From Haliotis cracherodii (taxonomy: Eukaryota), in contig NW_027266343.1 of NCBI RefSeq assembly GCF_022045235.1, positions 27,900,001-27,964,000 of the forward strand: 64,000 nucleotides of DNA, in the 5' to 3' direction. Positions 51,075-61,977 of the stretch are shown piece after piece. Each line of letters starts with the position of its first letter. Position 1 is the stretch's first letter. The notes beneath the pieces are model-generated. The model did no database searches and had not been told where the DNA came from. It saw nothing but the letters and a program-made list of their open reading frames with translations. Both the position numbers and the translations under genes were made by a program.

Positions 51075-54000
51075 ATGTCGCAGTTAGGGTCTGCGAGTAA
51101 GGCGGAAATAGAAAAGGATACTTCTTCAGACGTAGCGCTGAAACGGTACACTTCTTCAGACGTTGGACTAAAACAGAACACTTCTGAGCTTGAGCTAAAA
51201 ATAGCTAAACTTAAGCATCAGAAAACTATTACAAAGTCAGCTTTGACAAAATCAAAAAACAAATTGTTGAATTTAGTTGAACTTGAGTCACCAGATCGTA
51301 AGACAATTAGGAGTCTAATTGATCAGGTAAGTTTTCTGCAAAGCAAGGCTATAGGTCTCATAGTTGAGTTACTAGAAGCTTACAACTGGGCTGGTGACCT
51401 AGAGAAAGTTCAGAAAACTAGTAAAGAGATAGAAACTGTTGAAGATGAAAATGAACTTGCCCTTGATAAGGCTGAATCATTTCTTAAAAATAGATCACAT
51501 GTTAGTTCGGACGCAAAAGGCATTCAGTCAGAAATGTCAAGATCTCGTCAATTCGATGCGGATCGGTCGCATGACTTGGACAGTGGTGGCACTGGACAAA
51601 TCAGTAACCAAGGTTACAAACATGCTGCGTTCAATTTAGGCCATTTTCAACAAAGGTCAAATATGGATATGAAACGGACACCAGTCCCTGATAACACAAA
51701 AGGGTGTTATACAACTTCAGGTAAGTCATCTAGGCAACACAATTTAGGTGAAGACATGTGGAAACAATTGAGGAGAGTTTCCATTCCAGTATTTTCTGGC
51801 GATGTCAGAGAATATGAAGGCTGGAAGTCTGCTTTTATGGCATGTGTTGATAAAGCTCCAGCCACCAATGAATATAAACTTCTGCAATTGAAGCAGTACC
51901 TTTCTGGAGAAGCAGCACACATAGTTGCAAGGCTAGGTCACAGTGCTTCGGTCTATGATGTAGCCTTGGAGAGATTGGACAGAAAATATGGCGGCAAGAG
52001 ACGCCAGGTAGCATTACAATTGGACGAAATATACAATTTCAAGCCAATACGATTAGGGAATGCTAAGGATATGGACAGATTTGCGGACATGCTTGATGTA
52101 GCTGTAGTCAGTCTGAGGGAATCTGATAAAATAGAGGAACTTGGTAGTGGATGCTTGTATTCACTACTGGTTAAGAAAATGAATGAGCCTATGATAACTC
52201 AGTTCCACAGATGGTTATTTGAGCACCAAAGACAAGAGTCTGTTGAGACGCTTAGGGAATGGATTCTGCAAGAAGCAGAGTTCCAAACGATAGCTTCAGA
52301 GGTAAAACATGGAATAGCTGATAGGTCAAAGACAACAGACAAGAGAGATAGTTCTAAGAAAGGAACATATGCAACCACACACAATAAAACTAGGGCAAGG
52401 CAATGTCATGTGTGTCATGAAGCAGATCATGACACTTCAGATTGCACAGAGTTTAAATCTATGGGCTTGCCTAAACGCTGGGAAAGGGCAAAACAGTTAG
52501 GTTTATGCTTTCGTTGCCTTGATATCGGTCATCTGGGAAGATCGTGTAGCAGAGTTTTGAAGTGTGGGATTGATGGTTGTAAAGCAAATCATAACAGGTT
52601 ACTTCATGATCAAACCAAAGTTACAAGCAGTGCTAGGGCCGACAGTGGTAATGTAGAGATGAAACATACCACAACAACACCACAAGCAGGTAGGTCAGAA
52701 ACAATCACCATGGCAACTTCTAAGCAGGAAGGTCATTACCTTTCACTTAGGACAGTTCCTGTTATCCTTAAGAGTGGTCAGCACAGAATGATGGTTAATG
52801 CCTTGCTGGATGATGCCAGCACGCATACTTACATCAACGAGGATGTAGCAGCAGAACTTGGTGTTCAAGGTCAGACACAGCAAGTGTCAGTCAATGTCCT
52901 CAATGACAAACAGGAAATATTTGATAGTATGCTGATTGATATTGGCTTAGAAAGTACTGATGGTTCTGTTGACATGAACATCACAGCTTTGACAACTACC
53001 AAAGTAACAGGTAGAATGGAAGTCATTGATTGGCGAAAACATGCAAAGGAATGGCCACATTTGATGAAAATAAAATTTCCAAAGGTAAGTTCTCGTCCAA
53101 GAGTTGACATACTGTTAGGTATGGATTATTTAGAGCTGCATTCCTCTCTTAAAGAGGTCCGTGGAGCTCAAGGAGATCCTGTGGCTCGGTTGACACCCTT
53201 AGGTTGGACCTGTGTTGGTGCTGTATCAGGTTCAGACAAAACACATGTAGCAGGTTCCTTCTTCATCAGAAATACAGAAATAGAAGCAATCGCAGATACA
53301 GATATTGAATCTTTGATTCACTCATTTTGGGAGTCTGAAAGCATTTCTGGTTTGACATCGATTAGAAGCATTGATGAGAATGATGCAGTTAAGGCTGTAG
53401 AACAGTCCCTTGTTTACAAAGCAGACAAATATCAGGTTGGCATTCCATGGAAGGAGGGTCATGAGAATCTGAAAAACAACTATGACATGGCATACAATCG
53501 TCTTCTTAATTTAGAAAGGAAGTTGTCAAAGGATCAAACGATTTCGGGAGCCTACAATGAAGTCATAGAACAATACCTGAAAAAAGGTTACATCAGAAAG
53601 GTACCTGAAACAGAAATAGATCAAAGTAAATGGTACTTACCACATTTTCCAGTCATTAAACCAGACAGAAGTACAACAAAGGTAAGAATCGTATTTGACG
53701 CATCTGCAAAGAATAAAGGCATATCTTTAAATGATGTCATTCATCAAGGACCAAAACTCCAGAATGATCTATTTGAGATCTTGCTTCGTTTTCGCAAACA
53801 TCCTGTTGCAATCATTTGCGATATTGCTGAAATGTACCTTCAAATTGAAGTCGCTCAGGATGACCGTCCATATTTAAGGTTTCTTTGGAGGTCTATGGAT
53901 CTGAACAAAAAGCCAGATGTGTTTGAGTTCTCAAAGGTTGTGTTTGGACTAAATTGTTCCCCCTTTTTAGCTCAGTATATCACTCAAGAACATGCTAAGT

Positions 54001-56615
54001 CCATGGAGAAAGAACTTCCATTGGCTGCAGCAACCGTGGAAAAGTCAACATATATGGATGACAATATGGATTCCGTTGACACAAATAGCAAAGCTATAGA
54101 GCTTTACAAACAGCTGCAACAGCTGTGGAGTACAGCAGGTATGCACGCTCGTAAGTGGGTTTCCAATTCCGTGCAAGTCCTCCAAGAAATACCAGAAGAG
54201 GATAGATTGAAAGAGATTAATATTCAAATGAGTGAATTGCCATCTGTAAAAGCACTTGGCTTACTATGGAATGCAGAATCAGATGAGTTTAGATTTTCTT
54301 TCATGTCCTTAAAGCAGGATATCAAGATGACTAAGAGGAACTTCTTGAAAGAAACTGCTAAGCTGTTTGATCCTCTTGGGTTCTTAGGTCCATTCATCAT
54401 TAGGGCAAGGGTTCTTCTGCAAGAAATGTGGATATCCGGTGTTAACTGGGATGAAACCCTCAGTCCAGATCTGGAACAAAAAGCATGGTCTTGGTACCTT
54501 GAAATTGAAAAGTTGTGTTCTGTTAAAATTCCAAGGGGGCTTGAGGTTAGCTTAGATACTTCAAAGATGAAGTTGCACACATTTGTAGATGCTTCAGAGG
54601 CAGCATTTGGAGCTGTGGTATATTTAGTAACCACTCGTGAAGATGACACAAAGTCGAGTTATCTAGTTGCTTCCAAGTGCCATGTTGCTCCCCTCAAGGC
54701 AGTTAGTATGCCTCGATTGGAGCTGCTTGCGGCAGTTCTGGGTGTACGACTGTTACTGGCTATAACAAAGGCATTAGAATTACCTTTGCAGCGTGCAACG
54801 CTATGGTCAGACAGCCAGAACGTACTGTGGTGGATCAAAAGACAGAGTCGATGTTTTAAGCCATTTGTAGCAAATAGGATTGGATATATACAGGAGCATA
54901 CAAACATCAGTCAGTGGAAATACGTACCATCCAAACTGAATGCTGCAGACATTCTTAGTAGAGGTGTTGACGCTGAAGCACTTTTGACAGAGAAATGGCT
55001 GAATGGACCTGAATTTATGACACATGATGAAACTGAATGGCCGAAGCAGACCACTGACATGGACAATACTGAGACATCAGAACTGAAGAAGCCTTCTCAA
55101 GTAAACATCGCCATGTTTACTAAGTCTGATCCAATCTCTTGGAGATTAGCGCCAGCTAGATTTTCTAGTTGGAAGAGATTGTGTAGAGTGTCGGCATGGA
55201 TCTTTAGATTTCTGAACAACGCTAGGGTTCCATATTCACTTAGGAAAAAGGGTGAACTTGATCCTGAAGAAATTGAGGACGCCGAAACTACAATTATGGT
55301 CAGGACTCAAAGAGAAGAATTTTCTGATGACTACTCGTCACTGATGAGGAAATCAAACTTGCCTTCAAACAGCAAGTTGTTTGGCTTACAGCCTTACGTT
55401 GATAAAAATGGGTTGATGAGGACAGGAGGGAGACTCAGATTTGCTGACGTATTGTCATTCAGTGCCAGATTTCCAATTATACTCCCTAGACATAGTTGGG
55501 TCACCAAACTGATTGTCAAGTTTTACCATGAGCAGGTCAATCACACAGGTACGAACAGTACGTTATCAGCAGTTTCATCTAGGTTTTGGATTATTTCAGC
55601 TAGAGAGGAAATTCGTCAGTGGGAAAGAGAATGTTCTTGGTGTAGACGACAAAAAGCCAAACCAGCGCATCAGATAATGGCAGACCTACCGAAGATCAGA
55701 GTGAGGTGTACAATGAAAGCATTTGTGACAACAGGTGTGGACTATGCAGGTCCCTTTTTCACGGTACAGGGTCGAGGCAAGAGTCGACAGAAACGTTATC
55801 TCTGCCTTTTCACATGTTTGTCAACCCGAGCGGTTCATTTAGAAATGGCATTCGGTTTAGACACGGATTCCTTTCTGAATGCCCTGTTTCGTATGGCCCA
55901 CAGACGAGGTATGCCAAAGGAGGTAATCTCGGATAATGGAACCAACTTTGTTGGTGCTGCAAAGGAGCTGAAGCAGCTCATTTCTGGACTAAACTCGGAT
56001 GTGATTAAGTCAACCTTGGCAAACAAAAGTGTGAAGTGGTTGTTTAATCCTCCACACGCACCATATTTTGGAGGTGTTTTCGAGTCTTTAGTGAAGTCAG
56101 CAAAACGGGCTATCTATGCTATACTGAGTTCAGGTGACGTCAGTGATGAAGAGCTGATGACAGCCTTTACAGGAGCTGAAGCTCTTCTGAATTCTAGGCC
56201 TTTAACCTATCAAAGTGCACATCCACAGGATGATGTGCCTCTTACGCCCAACCATTTCCTACATGGTCAGGTGGGTGGAGATTTCGCACCAGAGTTAGAC
56301 TCTACCTCATTCAGCCCAAAGAAGCGATGGAGGAGAGTTCAAGAACTCATCAGACATGTGTGGAAACGATGGATGAGGGAGTGGCTCCCGACTCTCAACA
56401 TTAGAAAGAAATGGTTTACACCATCCAGAGACATACAGGTTGATGACGTTGTCATTGTGGTATCTCCAGATACTCCTCGTGGAGTTTGGCCTCTTGGCAG
56501 AGTTCTCAAAACGTATCCTGGAAAGGATGATCACGTGCGCGTCCTTGATGTTCAAGTTGGCAAAACAGTCTTGAAAAGACCTATCACGAAGGTCTGCCCT
56601 CTTGAATGGAGTTGA
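51075..56615 (+). CDS. BEL/Pao Gag-Pol polyprotein (~1846 aa from the ATG at 51075)
   Basis: DUF1759-like gag (IPVFSGD..EW..F), three CCHC/CCHH knuckles, protease ALLDDAS, RT YMDD, Pao RNase H (FVDAS..AFGAV, PRLEL), integrase HHCC plus DDE (VDYAGP, SDNGTNF, E), and C-terminal WPLGRV. Confidence 0.96.
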   Translation: MSQLGSASKAEIEKDTSSDVALKRYTSSDVGLKQNTSELELKIAKLKHQKTITKSALTKSKNKLLNLVELESPDRKTIRSLIDQVSFLQSKAIGLIVELLEAYNWAGDLEKVQKTSKEIETVEDENELALDKAESFLKNRSHVSSDAKGIQSEMSRSRQFDADRSHDLDSGGTGQISNQGYKHAAFNLGHFQQRSNMDMKRTPVPDNTKGCYTTSGKSSRQHNLGEDMWKQLRRVSIPVFSGDVREYEGWKSAFMACVDKAPATNEYKLLQLKQYLSGEAAHIVARLGHSASVYDVALERLDRKYGGKRRQVALQLDEIYNFKPIRLGNAKDMDRFADMLDVAVVSLRESDKIEELGSGCLYSLLVKKMNEPMITQFHRWLFEHQRQESVETLREWILQEAEFQTIASEVKHGIADRSKTTDKRDSSKKGTYATTHNKTRARQCHVCHEADHDTSDCTEFKSMGLPKRWERAKQLGLCFRCLDIGHLGRSCSRVLKCGIDGCKANHNRLLHDQTKVTSSARADSGNVEMKHTTTTPQAGRSETITMATSKQEGHYLSLRTVPVILKSGQHRMMVNALLDDASTHTYINEDVAAELGVQGQTQQVSVNVLNDKQEIFDSMLIDIGLESTDGSVDMNITALTTTKVTGRMEVIDWRKHAKEWPHLMKIKFPKVSSRPRVDILLGMDYLELHSSLKEVRGAQGDPVARLTPLGWTCVGAVSGSDKTHVAGSFFIRNTEIEAIADTDIESLIHSFWESESISGLTSIRSIDENDAVKAVEQSLVYKADKYQVGIPWKEGHENLKNNYDMAYNRLLNLERKLSKDQTISGAYNEVIEQYLKKGYIRKVPETEIDQSKWYLPHFPVIKPDRSTTKVRIVFDASAKNKGISLNDVIHQGPKLQNDLFEILLRFRKHPVAIICDIAEMYLQIEVAQDDRPYLRFLWRSMDLNKKPDVFEFSKVVFGLNCSPFLAQYITQEHAKSMEKELPLAAATVEKSTYMDDNMDSVDTNSKAIELYKQLQQLWSTAGMHARKWVSNSVQVLQEIPEEDRLKEINIQMSELPSVKALGLLWNAESDEFRFSFMSLKQDIKMTKRNFLKETAKLFDPLGFLGPFIIRARVLLQEMWISGVNWDETLSPDLEQKAWSWYLEIEKLCSVKIPRGLEVSLDTSKMKLHTFVDASEAAFGAVVYLVTTREDDTKSSYLVASKCHVAPLKAVSMPRLELLAAVLGVRLLLAITKALELPLQRATLWSDSQNVLWWIKRQSRCFKPFVANRIGYIQEHTNISQWKYVPSKLNAADILSRGVDAEALLTEKWLNGPEFMTHDETEWPKQTTDMDNTETSELKKPSQVNIAMFTKSDPISWRLAPARFSSWKRLCRVSAWIFRFLNNARVPYSLRKKGELDPEEIEDAETTIMVRTQREEFSDDYSSLMRKSNLPSNSKLFGLQPYVDKNGLMRTGGRLRFADVLSFSARFPIILPRHSWVTKLIVKFYHEQVNHTGTNSTLSAVSSRFWIISAREEIRQWERECSWCRRQKAKPAHQIMADLPKIRVRCTMKAFVTTGVDYAGPFFTVQGRGKSRQKRYLCLFTCLSTRAVHLEMAFGLDTDSFLNALFRMAHRRGMPKEVISDNGTNFVGAAKELKQLISGLNSDVIKSTLANKSVKWLFNPPHAPYFGGVFESLVKSAKRAIYAILSSGDVSDEELMTAFTGAEALLNSRPLTYQSAHPQDDVPLTPNHFLHGQVGGDFAPELDSTSFSPKKRWRRVQELIRHVWKRWMREWLPTLNIRKKWFTPSRDIQVDDVVIVVSPDTPRGVWPLGRVLKTYPGKDDHVRVLDVQVGKTVLKRPITKVCPLEWS

Positions 56616-56729
56616 GTTCTGAAATTGTCAAATTGGATAACAGCAACAAATGTACATACTCATAGATTCAGTTTCCTTTCAGTTTAGTCGGTTTTCATGA
56701 TAGACATGGATCTATCATGGAGGGGGGCA

Positions 56730-57339
56730 TGTTCTGAAGACATGTTCTGAAGACATGTTCGTTCATTAAAAGTGTGCTCCATAACGCACCCGGAGCCTAT
56801 AGATCGCGCTTCACGTGCACTCGTGTTAGTTTTAAAAAGGAATCTGTTCTCCAAAACACACCCGATGCATAACGATCGCATCGCCTGAACACACCAACGT
56901 ATGGCTGTGACTGCACGTGAAATGTGAGGATGTAAGCAAATATAAGGCGGTAGCGCGCATCAGTTAGTTAGTTGGTCATAGTTCGCTAGAGAGCTGGTTA
57001 GAGTTCGCTAGATGGTTAGTTAGATGGTTAGACAGTTGACCAGAGTTCGTTAGAGAGTTCGTTGGTTAGACATGGCGTTAGACAGTGTTAGACAGTGTTA
57101 AGACTCCCTTAGGAGTAACTGTTAGAATTAGCATTTAGTTTCTTTCATTTGAGGTTGATTCATCTTTCCTTCATATAATAACAGGTAATCACGTTTAGTT
57201 CCTTATAGGTCTTCATAGTTTTATAACAGGTTATCACGTTTAGTTCCTGGATACCACAAAAAAGGTAAGTCATACAAATTTTACATTAGTTTTCATTTAA
57301 GTTAAACCACGCTCAAATATTCAGTTCCACTGCGCAACA
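56730..57339 (+). repeat. 3' LTR
   Basis: Follows the PPT and matches the 5' LTR. Confidence 0.95.
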
Positions 57340-57866
57340 CCTTGTGTTATCTAGTTAGCAGCTCTAAGTTTGGATGTGTGTACAAATCAGTCCCTATTCA
57401 GACAGGATACTTCAGGTGGTCACTGGTGAACTGGGCTTGTGCACATTGGCAGCCCAAGTAACTTTGATTTAAATCTTTGAAACACTACTTTGTTTATGCT
57501 TTCTCAATTAAAACCTTTCTGATGATATATTAGTAAAGGGACACACGTCTGTAACTATGACTTGGTAATCAGTCAATCAGAGGGTCCCGCTTAAAATGGT
57601 AGCATATTGCAAGTTGGAGTAGCACTATATGTCATTCTACGCCATCATTTACATGCCGGTAGACACAATGTCTTCACACAAGACACTAATTTCAGTGTCA
57701 AGATCTCAACTGGAAACGGCATGGAACAGTTGAGCATAATCCGTCGTTAGTTTAATGCTAAATAATCAAACCAAGGTGAGCTTCTGTTACACAGCCGTCA
57801 GTAAAGCTAATGTTCAAATAATTGTTCAGTTTCAGTCGACCCTGCATTTGTTCCTAGTCCCGTCAT

Positions 57867-59504
57867 TAAGGGTGTAAAGATAAACTGATACGATACACGA
57901 TACACGTTGGACTATATATTGATACGCCACAATACGTAATGCAACCCTAAGTACAGTGTTCCTTCGCCGTTGCACCCTTCAATATAGCATAGCACTAACT
58001 CAGTTATAGCGTGCGCGGTAACTTATGGCTCCCAAAACTTACTTACATTATTAATAAGCTCATGTTTTACTCTGACATCATGTTTTTCCCCATCTCAAAA
58101 AACATTATCAGCTGATCACCATGAGCAGGTAACACCGGAACTCCGAACTGAAGTATGCAATTAAATCCCATTAGTATACTATCTGGTGATGAAAATGTGT
58201 TCATTGTATATCTGGACTTATGTATGTAATATATTTTATTGATCTTATTCATAATTTCATTCAATATTGTTTACATTACTTTAGGCGAAATCGTGTGTAA
58301 AGTGATCAGTCAGATTACTGCTTCTGACGTCTTGAAACAAACTTTAGTTGCCAGAGAATGCATACATATGTTATAAATGCCATACTTTGACGTGTTTAAA
58401 GTCATCTTTGTGGCAATTTTACTACTATATGTCAACATAACATTTTCGCAATTGAAATACAAATAGTGCAGGAAGTTCCGGGTGACTGGTCAAATTGTTC
58501 CATAGGTAAAAATATCCTGCAATAGCAAACACCTGTACCAAAGTGCTGCGCTTATGGTTCTTATAATATTAAATATATATAGTAAAAGCTCCAACTTAAG
58601 TAACACAATATTGGAATATGTTAATCCTGATGAAACAATAATTTCAGATACAATTTCTTCCAACCACTGCATCAAATATTTTTGAAGTTGTATCATTGGT
58701 ACTTTTTAATTGAATCATCAGTAGATTGGGAGAAAATGCGTTTAGAGCTGATTGCTTTTTCCATCTTAGTTTACGAGAAAATGCACATGGTAATCCTAAA
58801 TCTCTGCATATAAAACAATGCCTGTGAGAGCAGGAAATTCAATTTTTATGGTAAATCATTGTGTCTAGTGTGTCATATTTTTATTGACCAAGTTTGTTGT
58901 ACTTGTTTGTTCATCTGAATTCGCTGAAGGGTTACGATGTGGGTTTTTTAAAGCACTTAACACTTCATAAATATTTTTGGACACTATGAATCATAAACAA
59001 CTACTATCCTAATCTTTTTTCAAGTCTGAAATGCTCATCATAGATCCTGTTAGGTAGGCAGAGCATGTAGTCCACGACTCCACCCCCGGTAACACTCAAC
59101 AGCAGGAGACACTGTCAGTACCTAGAGGACATCACTATCCCCCCGACAATGTTGACATTTTAATTTTCAGACCATGAAGTACATCAATTATTTTCTCATG
59201 TTTGAACTTTGAAGTTTTCTGCTGTTTTGAAATTTGAAGTGTTTTGAAGGAAAAGTAGAGAAAATTCCACTTTGCAGCTTAACAACTTCAGAAGTTGTCA
59301 TTTTAAAAGAATTGTGACTGTTCGAAAATCATGAAAGGTCCAATCCTAACATGCTTGAAGTCTTGAAACTTAATAAATGCTAGAGTACCGGAGTAATGTT
59401 ATCTGGGTTTTTTTTATCGTTGCATATCGAGATACGTATTGTATAATGACCAGACTTTCGAGATACATATCATATCGTGACCTTCCTGTATCGTTGCAGC
59501 CCTA
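57867..59504. mobile_element. Old non-autonomous hAT-like DNA transposon inserted in an exon
   Basis: Imperfect TIRs: taagggtgtaaagata vs reverse-complemented right end tagggctgcaacgata (12/16). Subterminal cgatac/gtatcg repeats. 8-bp TSD cccgtcat (57859-57866) / ccaatcat (59505-59512), 6/8 match. Confidence 0.65.
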
Positions 59505-59749
59505 CCAATCATCCAACATCCTCATCCAGCCCCTAGCTCAAGCAACACCAGAGGTGAGAATAAGAGTTATCTCTCTTCATCCAGCAAGGAAACAAGCAAT
59601 TCAACACATCATGATGATAAGAAACCAGACTTGTCCGTGGAAGAGATTCAGAACTTGGAGGACTATGAAGTAGAACTTGTTCCGTCAGATGCGGAAGAGG
59701 AGAGCCTGGACCTGACTTTCCAAGTGGCACATCCAGGAGGAGCTGTACA
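59500..59749 (+). CDS. Internal exon C1 (acidic, Ser-rich linker) of the distal zinc-finger module; not called in this frame by the ORF track
   Basis: Acceptor cttcctgtatcgttgcag| (phase 1), open frame (A)LPIIQHPHPAPSSSNTRGENKSYLSSSSKETSNSTHHDDKKPDLSVEEIQNLEDYEVELVPSDAEEESLDLTFQVAHPGGAV, and donor ca|gtaagt (phase 2), which matches the phase-2 acceptor at 60469. Confidence 0.65.
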
Positions 59750-60468
59750 GTAAGTGGGGGAACATGGGGTTGTCACCTGTCCCTGAAACCAAGAATGGCT
59801 ACTCACTTCACAACTAGCCCTGAGATGACACTAGAAGTAACCTTCCGTTGCTAAACTTAGAATGATGTGGGTCTGAAAACTTATCACAGGGAGCTTCAAA
59901 TCTGATCAGGAATGGAAGTAACTCCTCCATTCTGCCATTTTAAGAGAAGTGAAGGCTTTTATTTGTCAAACGAAATCATGTTGATACTTTGTGAATTAGA
60001 ATGAAAGAAATCGCCCCTGACTCCTTAGTTTGAGACACAACATGTGATTTCTGAAGGATATTTGCAAGCGGAATTGACAAACAAATATTAAAAATTGTGT
60101 CAAGTTTCAGTTCTTGGTCAGTTTACAAGAGAATACACATGGTCATCTTAATCTCTGCCTATGAGAGAAGAAAATTCAATTTTAATGGTAAATCATTGTG
60201 TCTAGAGATGCTGATTGTGTCAGTTCATGTTTAGTGATCAAAGGTTACCTGTAGTGTTATTCCAGAGGTTCACGTAAAGCGAGTCATTCAACGAATACAC
60301 CTTGTTTTGATACCAAGTTTATTGGATTGGTTCATAACACTATCCATTACATGATAATCAATATTCCACTTTCATATGGTTCAGGTGTATGTGTCTGCGA
60401 AATAAGTCATTATCACCAGCTGAGTTGTGTACAGTCTTAATTTAATGAGAACTTTGATTGTGTTTCAG

Positions 60469-61021
60469 ATCCAGTGTTATTGGAGCACAAGATTCAGGTA
60501 ATTCTCCTTCTACTCACATTAATCACGCACACACAATTATCTCTGATAAAAACCTCCACCCGACACCTGAACAGGGCATGCTGCATGATAACCGGGCCTG
60601 TCATATTGATGGGTACCAGGCAGGGGTTGAAGCCTGGCAGTGTTCTCAAACCCAGCCTGGTGGAATAGTCTACAGTTGTGAACAGTGCTTCCAGACATTC
60701 ACCAGCATCTGCGATCTAAAGACTCATGCGCTAAAACTTCATCACAATACATATGTTTGTGATTGGTGTGGAAAGCAGCTGAAATCTTCCCATGGCTATA
60801 AACTTCACTGTAACTCTCATGCTGGTGATTATAGATACATATGTCCTATTTGTGACAAACGTTTTCAACAGTCTTCTCATTTGGAAGGGCACATCAACAC
60901 ACACAATTCTGTCCGTCCTTTCAAATGTCCAACATGTTTTAAAGGCTTTTCATACAGATTTAGCATGACCAAGCATGCAAAAACATGCCGGAATGGAATT
61001 AGTCAGAGTGGTTTAGACTGA
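60469..61021 (+). CDS. Terminal exon C2: 3 C2H2 fingers plus 1 C2HC finger (529-aa isoform as A+C1+C2)
   Basis: Acceptor ttgtgtttcag|. Fingers: CEQC..HALKLH, CDWC..HCNSH, CPIC..HINTH, CPTC..HAKTC, with TGEKPY-like linkers (AGDYRY, NSVRPF). Confidence 0.82.
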
Positions 61022-61493
61022 AAATAAAATTCTGTATGTTGGTTATTTGTCAGTGAAAAAAACAAAAATGGATGCCAATGTGGATGTCACCCATGTGTTT
61101 AAAATTTGTGTTGTGCATTTATTTGTCGAAAACAATATGCTTGTTGGAAAAGCTTCTCAGCAACTTGTTGCCAGGTTGAAATTTAATGGTGTTACAAATA
61201 ATGTCATTGGAAAATGGCAATGGCAGTTGCACTGGAAGTATCAGACGTGATGGTGTTGAAGTGATGCAGGGCCACCAACTGTTGGGACCAGGAACGTAAG
61301 CAATGTTGAACCAAGCTCACTCACTAACTCACTGACACAGATGGATTCTGTGTAGGAGAGGAGTAACTCCTCCAGACATCTGGCCAGTATGGATTGAGTA
61401 GGAAAGAGTGAGGATCAGTTGGACACAATGGGTACAAGCTGTTGGTAGTGCTTGAAAGGGTGACATTTGAAGACTTACATACATTGCATCTGT

Positions 61494-61977
61494 CCGAGGC
61501 AAGGTAGTTAACTGACAGTAAAAGTCCAGTTTCCACCCTTGCCAAACTAGGCTGGAATTTCTGGACTCGATCGTAGTGCCACCAGTGGCTATTACAAATT
61601 ACGTCCCTTCTATGCCTCTCCTTTTGACCAATCAGATTCCACCTCTCAGGTCACTTGCATTTGCATCAAACAAAATGGTGGCGCCCAGTCAAGACTATCC
61701 GATAGGTGAGCAAGATATATGTTGTAATAAAACGAGTCTTACATTAAATACATGAAATAATTTGGAAAATATCTGCTGACACCCACTTGACGGTACACAT
61801 CCTTTACCATTCCTGCAGTTGACAAAAATCTGCTTGTTGAAATCCATGTTGTTTACGAACCCGAATGTTGAATTCGATATGCTATTTGATTAGACTCGTA
61901 AGTCCAGTCAAAATATAACTCCATAATTCCAGCCTCGAAACTGGACTTTTACAGTTGGTAAACTCCTTTGCCTTAGG
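61494..61977. mobile_element. MITE, same family as 44708-45260
   Basis: Termini ccgaggcaaggtagttaac / aaactcctttgccttagg. The first ~190 nt align to about 44715-44890. Confidence 0.78.

Larger units (their letters stand above)
50363..57339 (+). mobile_element. Intact BEL/Pao LTR retrotransposon, 6977 bp
   Basis: Two 610-bp TG..CA LTRs, 5-bp TSD ccttg at 50358-50362 and 57340-57344, PBS tggtagcagagcgtgg at 50975 (complementary to initiator tRNA-Met), PPT ggaggggggc at ~56719, and a single gag-pol ORF. Confidence 0.97.

Noticed and set aside
57580-57835. Possible degenerate coding sequence upstream of the 57836 acceptor
   Set aside because: Four in-frame stops within about 40 codons and no recognisable motif. 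It is better explained as intron.
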